Positions 33,959 through 40,464 of a stretch of 64,000 nucleotides of DNA are shown piece by piece (within the stretch, counting starts at the first letter, position 1; the number at the start of each line of letters is the position of its first letter). Both the position numbers and the translations under genes were made by a program. This stretch comes from a virus. The notes under the pieces were generated by a model that was not told the DNA's origin, searched no databases, and saw only the letters and a list, made by a program, of their open reading frames with translations. The stretch lies in IMG/VR virus record IMGVR_UViG_3300028801_000003; one strand, 5' to 3'.

Positions 33959-34809
33959 TGACTACCGAAGCACGAAAACTCGATCTCTACGGCCAGAACC
34001 AGCTCAAAGTCTGGGAGGGGCTGGCCGGCTCCAACGGTAAGCCCGCACTCCTTGCTTATAGGGATTCGGCCGGTGTCTGGACCATCGGTTGGGGCCATAC
34101 CCATGATGTTCAACCGGGGGACACGTGCACTGAAGCCCAGGCGCAGAGCTATTTCGACGCCGATTTAGCCCCCACCGAAGCGGCGATCCAGGAATTGGTG
34201 CAGGTACCACTCACGGATAACCAGTTCGCGGCGCTGGTTTGCTTCGTGTTCAATGTCGGCGTCGAGGCGTTCAAAGAGTCGACACTGCTGAAGAAATTGA
34301 ACCCGCCCAATAGCCAATACGCGGCCGTACCGGGTCAGCTGGCACAGTGGAACGAGATCACCAACCCGGTAACACACCAAAAAGAGGTGTCACAGGGTCT
34401 GGTGAACCGTCGCGCACTGGAAACGACGCTCTGGCTGACGCCCGACGCCGCCATCAAGCCCAGCCAGGTCATTGTGGCCGATCCAGTGGCGCCGGTCCTG
34501 ACCCGCAGTGATTTGCGCCAGGTGCCCAGCTCCAGTGCGACGCCCGAACCGCCCCCCACACGCCCGACGCAGACGAAATCGGGCCAGGCGACCATTGCGA
34601 CCGTCGTCACGGGTACGGCTGGCGCCATTATCCAGGGCGCGGACCAGGCGCAGCACATCAGTAACGCCATTTCCGGCGCGCTGATGGGTAACGCCTCCAC
34701 CAGTCAATATTTCGTCATCCTGTCCTGCGTTCTGGCGGCGGCATCCGTCGGGTTCGCGGTGTATGTCTACTGGCGCAACCATCGCCAATACGGAGGTTCG
34801 ACATCATGA
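33958..34809 (+). CDS. GH24 (T4/P22-type) lysozyme with a Pro-rich linker and a C-terminal transmembrane segment
   Basis: The motifs seen are LKVWEG ... AYRDSAGVWTIGWGHT ... LTDNQFAALVCFVFNVG. The C-terminus contains YFVILSCVLAAASVGFAVYVYW. Confidence 0.85.
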   Translation: MTTEARKLDLYGQNQLKVWEGLAGSNGKPALLAYRDSAGVWTIGWGHTHDVQPGDTCTEAQAQSYFDADLAPTEAAIQELVQVPLTDNQFAALVCFVFNVGVEAFKESTLLKKLNPPNSQYAAVPGQLAQWNEITNPVTHQKEVSQGLVNRRALETTLWLTPDAAIKPSQVIVADPVAPVLTRSDLRQVPSSSATPEPPPTRPTQTKSGQATIATVVTGTAGAIIQGADQAQHISNAISGALMGNASTSQYFVILSCVLAAASVGFAVYVYWRNHRQYGGSTS

Positions 34810-34994
34810 GTACCGAAGACACCGGTGAGACCGCCCCGGAAACCAGCACGCCGGGCATCGCTGTGACGGTAACCACCCAGAACGGCGAAGTGACCACGCT
34901 AATCCACCGTTTCGAAGCCGATGCGGAGAAGAAATGGGACGCGTTCGAAGCGAAAGTGCGCGAGCTGATCGCCGCGGCGAAGGCACGGTTGTGA
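34806..34994 (+). CDS. hypothetical protein (62 aa)
   Basis: ORF track. ATGA overlap with the lysozyme stop. Confidence 0.6.
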   Translation: MSTEDTGETAPETSTPGIAVTVTTQNGEVTTLIHRFEADAEKKWDAFEAKVRELIAAAKARL

Positions 34995-35197
34995 CGCCCG
35001 AGGATTGCCAGAGCCGGCAGTTTTTGCTCGCCCTGGCCGACGAAGTGAGCCACGCGTCGTTGCACCTGCGCACGGATATCATTAATCCCATGCACGAAGC
35101 CAAGATGCTGCAGCATGCGATCTACGCGCTGCAGTATTTCGCGACCTTGGTGCCCACTCACGACCTCGGTGTCACAGGAGATAAACATGACGCTTGA
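34991..35197 (+). CDS. hypothetical protein (68 aa)
   Basis: The GTG inside track ORF 34934..35197 overlaps the upstream TGA (GTGA). Confidence 0.5.
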   Translation: MTPEDCQSRQFLLALADEVSHASLHLRTDIINPMHEAKMLQHAIYALQYFATLVPTHDLGVTGDKHDA

Positions 35198-35618
35198 AGC
35201 GAAGCTCATCGTCGGCGCGCTCCTGGTCTTCGCCCTGATTCTTGGTGTGTGGTACTTCCATCACACCGCTTACGATGCCGGCGAAGTGGCGGCGGTACCG
35301 AAGATACAGGCCAAGATCGACGCTTCTGACAAGAAAGCGGACGCGCAGGCCGCGAAGCAGACAGCGGTAGCGCAGAAACAGGTCGATACCATCACGGTAG
35401 CGGCCAGCACCCAGGCAACGGTCGAGGCGAAAGCGGCGATCGTCTATAAAACCAAAGTCACGGTGGCTACTCATGACGATCCGACTTACGCTGATCAGCT
35501 TGTCCCTGCTGAGTTTAGTGGCGTGCGCGCCAGCCGCCATAGTGCGATTGCCGCCAGCGCCAGTGCATCTGCCGCTGCCGCCCAAGAGCTCTATGCTCCC
35601 GTGCCTGCCGCCCATTGA
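35187..35618 (+). CDS. i-spanin (Rz-like)
   Basis: The internal ATG is preceded by AGGAG. It has an N-terminal TM (LIVGALLVFALILGVWYF) followed by an Ala/Lys/Gln-rich helical region. It contains the o-spanin start in the +1 frame. Confidence 0.75.
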   Translation: MTLEAKLIVGALLVFALILGVWYFHHTAYDAGEVAAVPKIQAKIDASDKKADAQAAKQTAVAQKQVDTITVAASTQATVEAKAAIVYKTKVTVATHDDPTYADQLVPAEFSGVRASRHSAIAASASASAAAAQELYAPVPAAH

Positions 35619-35769
35619 CGAAGCGCCCGGTATCACCCAGGGCGAACGCGAGATGGCGGACACCTTGAACGATGAGAACTGGCAGGCGTGCATCGACCAC
35701 CACACCGATGCGCTGAAGTATTTCCGCGTCCTCGAAATCGGTGGCTGGCTGCCGGTTCCTACGATATGA
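35473..35769 (+). CDS. o-spanin (Rz1-like lipoprotein), overlapping architecture
   Basis: ORF track. It has the lipobox LSLVAC and a Pro-rich mature region. It starts inside the i-spanin gene and extends beyond it. Confidence 0.75.
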   Translation: MTIRLTLISLSLLSLVACAPAAIVRLPPAPVHLPLPPKSSMLPCLPPIDEAPGITQGEREMADTLNDENWQACIDHHTDALKYFRVLEIGGWLPVPTI

Positions 35770-35963
35770 TCGCCAACGAGCTGCAGTATTTGCAGGCGTG
35801 CATCGACGAGCTCGAACGACTGCGCGACATCACACTCAAGCCGATCACATTCGATCCAGACCGAGGGCGTACCGATGAAAGAGCGCGAACAGGCACCGGT
35901 GGCGGACCGCGGCGAGCGGCTCAACCGCGCCGGCCGACGCAAAGCGGACGCGATCGCGCGTAA
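35766..35963 (+). CDS. hypothetical protein (65 aa); its 3' part overlaps the next gene
   Basis: The ATG overlaps the o-spanin TGA (ATGA). The first ~38 aa look protein-like (MIANELQYLQACIDELERLRDITLKPITFDPD). The remainder is Arg/Gly/Pro-rich. Confidence 0.4.
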   Translation: MIANELQYLQACIDELERLRDITLKPITFDPDRGRTDERARTGTGGGPRRAAQPRRPTQSGRDRA

Positions 35964-36057
35964 GCAGCGCCACCTCTTCAACCGGTACAAAGCCCACATG
36001 AAGGACCAGGGCTACGACGCCACGTTCGACGATTTCGTCAAGAGCATGCCCCAGTGA
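35875..36057 (+). CDS. hypothetical basic protein (60 aa)
   Basis: ORF track. GAGGG lies 7 nt upstream of the ATG. Confidence 0.6.
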   Translation: MKEREQAPVADRGERLNRAGRRKADAIARKQRHLFNRYKAHMKDQGYDATFDDFVKSMPQ

Positions 36058-36437
36058 AGCAACCGCTCAATCTCACCCTGTCGATCTGGCAGAACCAGAC
36101 CTTCGACGATTCGTTGGCGCTGACCAACGAAGACGGCACGATCGTCGATCTGACCGGGTACAGCGCGGAGATGATGGCGCGCTTCGACCCCACTGACGCC
36201 GATCCACCGTTGATCGACTGGGGTACTGAGACCGGTGAGATCGCGATCGACGGCGCGGCCGGTACGATCACGTTCGCCGTGACGGCCGCGGCCACGATGG
36301 CGCTGCCCACGGCGAACGAACTGACCCAGTGGTTCTACGACCTACGGATTTTCAACACGGCGTCGCCGGTGTATGCCGAACGTGTGATTCAGGGCGCGAT
36401 GGTTATCTATCCTGCCGTTACACGCCCCGCATCATGA
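36054..36437 (+). CDS. hypothetical beta-rich protein (127 aa), possibly virion-associated
   Basis: ORF track. GTGA overlap upstream. Confidence 0.65.
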   Translation: MKQPLNLTLSIWQNQTFDDSLALTNEDGTIVDLTGYSAEMMARFDPTDADPPLIDWGTETGEIAIDGAAGTITFAVTAAATMALPTANELTQWFYDLRIFNTASPVYAERVIQGAMVIYPAVTRPAS

Positions 36438-37009
36438 GTGAGATTATCACTGTCGTCGTCGATAAGCCGATCACCGTGACGCACGTATCGCGCGGCGCCG
36501 TCTCAACCCCCGTCCGACGTGGCGTGGGGCTGACCGCGCAGACGTCGCAGCAGGTGACGGTGCGCACGGTGGAGAAAGTCGCCGTCCCCGTAAAAACACA
36601 GTCGCCCACGGCGGTCAATATCCCGGGTATTCAGGGGCCACCGGGCTCGCCGGGGGATTTGACGTTTACCGTGACCGCCGGGGAGAATTTAGGTTGGCCT
36701 ACGGTGGTGGCGATCGATGCCGGTGTAGCCCACGCCGCCGATCCGAATGCGGTCGAGGATATGGTGCTGCAGCTGGCGGTGACGACCCAGGCAGCCGCTG
36801 TCGGTACGCCCATTATTGTCGCGACGCAGTTCTCGGTCACCGAAAGTGGTTGGAGCTGGGTGCCAGGACGTATTTATTTGTCGACAGTAGGGGGCGGTAT
36901 CACGCAGACTGTCCCCAATGACACTAGCGCTATTCTCGAAGTGGGTCGCGCCATTTCAACCACCACCATCGAATTCAACGTTCAGACCGCACTTTTGAGG
37001 GCTCCCTGA
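36434..37009 (+). CDS. tail-fibre-like protein with a short collagen-like stretch
   Basis: The internal ATG overlaps the upstream TGA. It contains GIQGPPGSPGD. Its C-terminal half resembles that of the next gene. Confidence 0.6.
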   Translation: MSEIITVVVDKPITVTHVSRGAVSTPVRRGVGLTAQTSQQVTVRTVEKVAVPVKTQSPTAVNIPGIQGPPGSPGDLTFTVTAGENLGWPTVVAIDAGVAHAADPNAVEDMVLQLAVTTQAAAVGTPIIVATQFSVTESGWSWVPGRIYLSTVGGGITQTVPNDTSAILEVGRAISTTTIEFNVQTALLRAP

Positions 37010-37533
37010 TGACCGGTAAGACTTTTCTACGGCGCGACAGTACGACGAATCTATCGGGTGAACAGGTCGGCGTCCAGATTGGCTCCGGCGCAACGAACGC
37101 CGGTGATATCCCCGCACTGAACTCTGCGGGCGTCATTGATTCCACCCTGCTCCCCGCGGGTATCGGCGAAGCCTCGCTTGCGCTCCCCGCGACAGAAGCG
37201 CTCGCCGCCGGTGCGATGGTGAATATCTGGTCGAGTTCGGGCGTCGCCAGCGCGCGTAACGCCAACGCCACGGACACATCGAAGCCCGTTTCGGGGTTCG
37301 TCACAGCTGCCGTATCGTCAGGCGCCACTGCTACGATCTTTTTCCCCGGTCAAATCGTGACGGGTGTTTCGGGCCTGACGATTGGCGCACCGGTCTACCT
37401 GAGCACGACGTCTGGCGCGGTGACGACGACGGCGCCATCAGCATCGGGGAATTTGGTGTGCGTGCTCAGTCAGGCGGCGATCAGCGCGACGGAGTTCGTG
37501 CTGGAGAAAGTCAGCTCGATCATCCATGCATAA
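37009..37533 (+). CDS. tail-fibre-like protein
   Basis: ORF track. The N-terminal segment GDIPALNSAGVIDSTLLP is typical of fibre N-termini. It is paralogous by eye to 36434..37009. Confidence 0.6.
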   Translation: MTGKTFLRRDSTTNLSGEQVGVQIGSGATNAGDIPALNSAGVIDSTLLPAGIGEASLALPATEALAAGAMVNIWSSSGVASARNANATDTSKPVSGFVTAAVSSGATATIFFPGQIVTGVSGLTIGAPVYLSTTSGAVTTTAPSASGNLVCVLSQAAISATEFVLEKVSSIIHA

Positions 37534-37536
37534 TGT

Positions 37537-37980
37537 ATGACGACAGCGACTCCTCTTGTCCGCGATGCCACGTCGCAGTTATCCGCTGAGCTGCCCGCAG
37601 GAGTCGTACTTAACTGGGCATTTCGACAGGCCACGGCGATTGTCAGCCCTAGCGGGTTGGCGCTGCAGAGCACAGTAGCTATTGCGCGGTGCATCAAAGT
37701 GTTCAATATTACGGCGACGCAGCCGTGCCGCTTACGGCTGTACAGTACGACAGCGCATCAGGCGGCGGATTTTTCACGACTGGTGACGTCGTATCCCCCT
37801 CAGTTTTCTGGTCTGTTGCTCGAAGCCATACTGACCACGACGAATCTTACACTCGATTTCCCGGCTGTTGAGGTATGTAATAACGAATCGACACCGTCGG
37901 TCAATATCGCATATTCACTCGAACCGGCCAGCGCTATCGCTACCACAGCGACGCTCAATTATATCGTCACCCAGGTTTAG
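37537..37980 (+). CDS. hypothetical structural protein (147 aa)
   Basis: ORF track. Confidence 0.6.
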   Translation: MTTATPLVRDATSQLSAELPAGVVLNWAFRQATAIVSPSGLALQSTVAIARCIKVFNITATQPCRLRLYSTTAHQAADFSRLVTSYPPQFSGLLLEAILTTTNLTLDFPAVEVCNNESTPSVNIAYSLEPASAIATTATLNYIVTQV

Positions 37981-37989
37981 GATGCGCTT

Positions 37990-38973
37990 ATGTCATTAGG
38001 AATGCTCACCCTTTTCGGCCCGACGACGCCGTCAGGTTCGCCCGGCACATGGACGCCTAGCTCTGGCGCGCCGACGCTGACCGGCCAGAACGGTTCGCTC
38101 TGCGCGGTGCTCGATTGGGCGATGGCACAGAAGAGCTGGACGACTTTATTTAGTACCACCAATAGCCGCGTCTACAAACAGGCAGCGGGCAACGGAAATT
38201 GTCTTTTAGTAACACACGATAGCGCCGTTGTTACAGCGGCAAACTTTTGTCTTTGGCGCGGCGCAGAGACGGCAACAGCGGCGACATCGGCAGGACTCGG
38301 TAATCCTTTTCCTACGGTAGCTCTAGCTGCCGATACTGCGCAAAGACTTCAGCTTTCGCAAACAGCGAGCGCAACAGCCGTCGCCTACCAAATTCAAATA
38401 AGTGATAGGTATATAAGACTGCTAACCCAATCTTCAACGACGGCCAGTGGTTGGCAGGGAACCCATTTCGGTGATCCTCCCGCGACTTACTCGGGGGATA
38501 ATTACGCTACTGTTTGTACCGGTATTGGTGGCGTAGCAAATCAGATCGACATATTTACCTCAATTTCTAATGTAAATTTGATGGATGGTTGGTTTGATAG
38601 AACTATAGATGGGACATTGCTTAGCTCATATGCGCAGGCGGGGGGTCGTTTCGGACAATCGGTTTGGGGGCTTTTCCCCAATAATCCGGTAGCTATGGGT
38701 GGTTATTTGAACCGTATCCTGCGCGACAAAATAAGTATGCAGTGCTTCGGATCAAAAACTACTACTTCAGGTGTGTTAGCCATACCAAATCGTGTTTGGA
38801 TACCTAATCTGTGGAGTCCTCTACATAATGGCATCGGTACTTCGTTACTTACAGGCCAAACGTTCACAGATACGGCGTACAACGCCTCATCCATATTTCG
38901 TGTTTATATAGGGGCTAACAGCTCTTGGTTAATCGTGGAAGAATCAGATACGTGGAGCATTCCCAGTGGCTAA
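37990..38973 (+). CDS. hypothetical structural / receptor-binding candidate (327 aa)
   Basis: ORF track. Its 3' half is AT-richer than its neighbours. Confidence 0.65.
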   Translation: MSLGMLTLFGPTTPSGSPGTWTPSSGAPTLTGQNGSLCAVLDWAMAQKSWTTLFSTTNSRVYKQAAGNGNCLLVTHDSAVVTAANFCLWRGAETATAATSAGLGNPFPTVALAADTAQRLQLSQTASATAVAYQIQISDRYIRLLTQSSTTASGWQGTHFGDPPATYSGDNYATVCTGIGGVANQIDIFTSISNVNLMDGWFDRTIDGTLLSSYAQAGGRFGQSVWGLFPNNPVAMGGYLNRILRDKISMQCFGSKTTTSGVLAIPNRVWIPNLWSPLHNGIGTSLLTGQTFTDTAYNASSIFRVYIGANSSWLIVEESDTWSIPSG

Positions 38974-40000
38974 CTGGCCCGACGCTGGCCGTTACGCGTT
39001 AGCTTCTATCTCTAATGCGTGTAATGTAGGTTCAGTAGAAAATCAGCTACCGTATTACGGATTTTATCCGTTATCAGCTAATACACCTTGGCACGGCGGT
39101 GGATTGTTCACCCAGTTAAAGTCTCCCACTGGTGTAATTATACAAATACCCGGTACGGTGCCGGGAGACAATATTGCGTTGCTTTATCGGGGCATCCTCG
39201 TTGACCAAGTGTGGGCGGGAACGTCGACATACTTTTATGACGTCAACGACGGCATTTATATGGCCATAGATTGTACCAACGGACAGACTTGGGAAATTAT
39301 TGTCGCGGGTACCGCTGCAACTGTCGTGCCTATCGCAGGGGCGTTGACTACGCGCCCCACGACAGGCCTCGTATTTCCGCTTGGTCTGTACAACGGAGGC
39401 GCCGCAGTGGGGAACATTTATAACCAGTATTTTATAACCAACGGATCATTCGCGATCCCCACGGGCGTTTTACAGGTTAAATATAAGATCGTCGGTCCTG
39501 GTGCAGGTGGTGGTGGCAGCGTCAGCGGCTCGACAGCAGGTGGTGGTGGCGGCGGCGGCGGCGGCGCAGGCGAAGGAATTATCGCTATCGGCACCAACAC
39601 CGCACTGGCTGTCGTAGTCGGTACTGGCGGTATCGCTGGTGGTGTAGGCGGCAGCGCATCTAACGGCGCGAATGGTACACCGACGTCTATCACAGGCACG
39701 GGTATAAGCATCGTCGCTAATGGTGGTAACGGCGGTACGTTTTCTGCGAGTGGTGCGCCAGCGTCAGGTGGCACGGGTGGTACGGTTACCGGCGCTTCGT
39801 TCAGTGAAACAGGAGGCACCGGTGGCCAAGGCGTTACTTATGGCAGCGGGTTAGCGCAACCGGGAGCCGCCGGTGGCCCTGCGGGTTCTTTCTCCTCTGT
39901 GTTGGGCGGCACTTACGGCATGGGCGGCGGTGGCGGCGCAAATGGCATCAGCGGACAGGCCGGAACACAGGGATACGTGATATTTGAGTGGGTGGCGTGA
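38966..40000 (+). CDS. Gly-rich fibre-like protein (344 aa)
   Basis: ORF track. The C-terminal ~170 aa is dominated by GGxG/GxxG repeats and includes a run of eight Gly. Confidence 0.65.
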   Translation: MANWPDAGRYALASISNACNVGSVENQLPYYGFYPLSANTPWHGGGLFTQLKSPTGVIIQIPGTVPGDNIALLYRGILVDQVWAGTSTYFYDVNDGIYMAIDCTNGQTWEIIVAGTAATVVPIAGALTTRPTTGLVFPLGLYNGGAAVGNIYNQYFITNGSFAIPTGVLQVKYKIVGPGAGGGGSVSGSTAGGGGGGGGGAGEGIIAIGTNTALAVVVGTGGIAGGVGGSASNGANGTPTSITGTGISIVANGGNGGTFSASGAPASGGTGGTVTGASFSETGGTGGQGVTYGSGLAQPGAAGGPAGSFSSVLGGTYGMGGGGGANGISGQAGTQGYVIFEWVA

Positions 40001-40014
40001 TATAAAGTGGACCC

Positions 40015-40464
40015 ATGAGTATGCTAACCGCCGACGAACAGAAGCTGGTCTATAACATCGAAGTGATGGGGATGACCCAGCTGCGGGCGGCGCAGCTGTG
40101 CGGGCTGGAAACGACCTACGCCAATATATTGATGCGCCCAGAGGTCAAAATTGCACGCGAGAAATTGCGCGCGCACGTGCGCGAACAGGTCAAGATCACC
40201 CGCGAAGATGTGGTCGCTGGCCTGCAGGAAGCGATCGAGATGTCACGTATGATCACTGACCCCATGGCGATGATTGCCGCGTGGCGCGAAACGGCCAAGA
40301 TTCTGGGCTTCGATAAGCCAGCCGAAGTGCATATCACTATCACCGGCGATATCCGCGAGCTGCGCCAACAGATCAAATCCCTGCCCGAGGCCGAATTGCT
40401 GCGTCTGGCGGATGAAAGTAACATCGTCGACGCCGATTTCTATCCCATCGAGCGTACCGCGTGA
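40015..40464 (+). CDS. terS: terminase small subunit
   Basis: ORF track. It has an N-terminal HTH-like segment (MTQLRAAQLCGL) and lies immediately upstream of, and overlapping, terL. Confidence 0.7.
   Translation: MSMLTADEQKLVYNIEVMGMTQLRAAQLCGLETTYANILMRPEVKIAREKLRAHVREQVKITREDVVAGLQEAIEMSRMITDPMAMIAAWRETAKILGFDKPAEVHITITGDIRELRQQIKSLPEAELLRLADESNIVDADFYPIERTA

Noticed and set aside
35172-35999. 275-aa minus-strand ORF across the spanin region
   Set aside because: The sense strand carries a textbook i-spanin/o-spanin pair. The antisense translation is Arg/Ser-rich without features.
39418-39819. 133-aa minus-strand Pro-rich ORF
   Set aside because: It is the complement of the Gly-codon repeats of gene 38966-40000.
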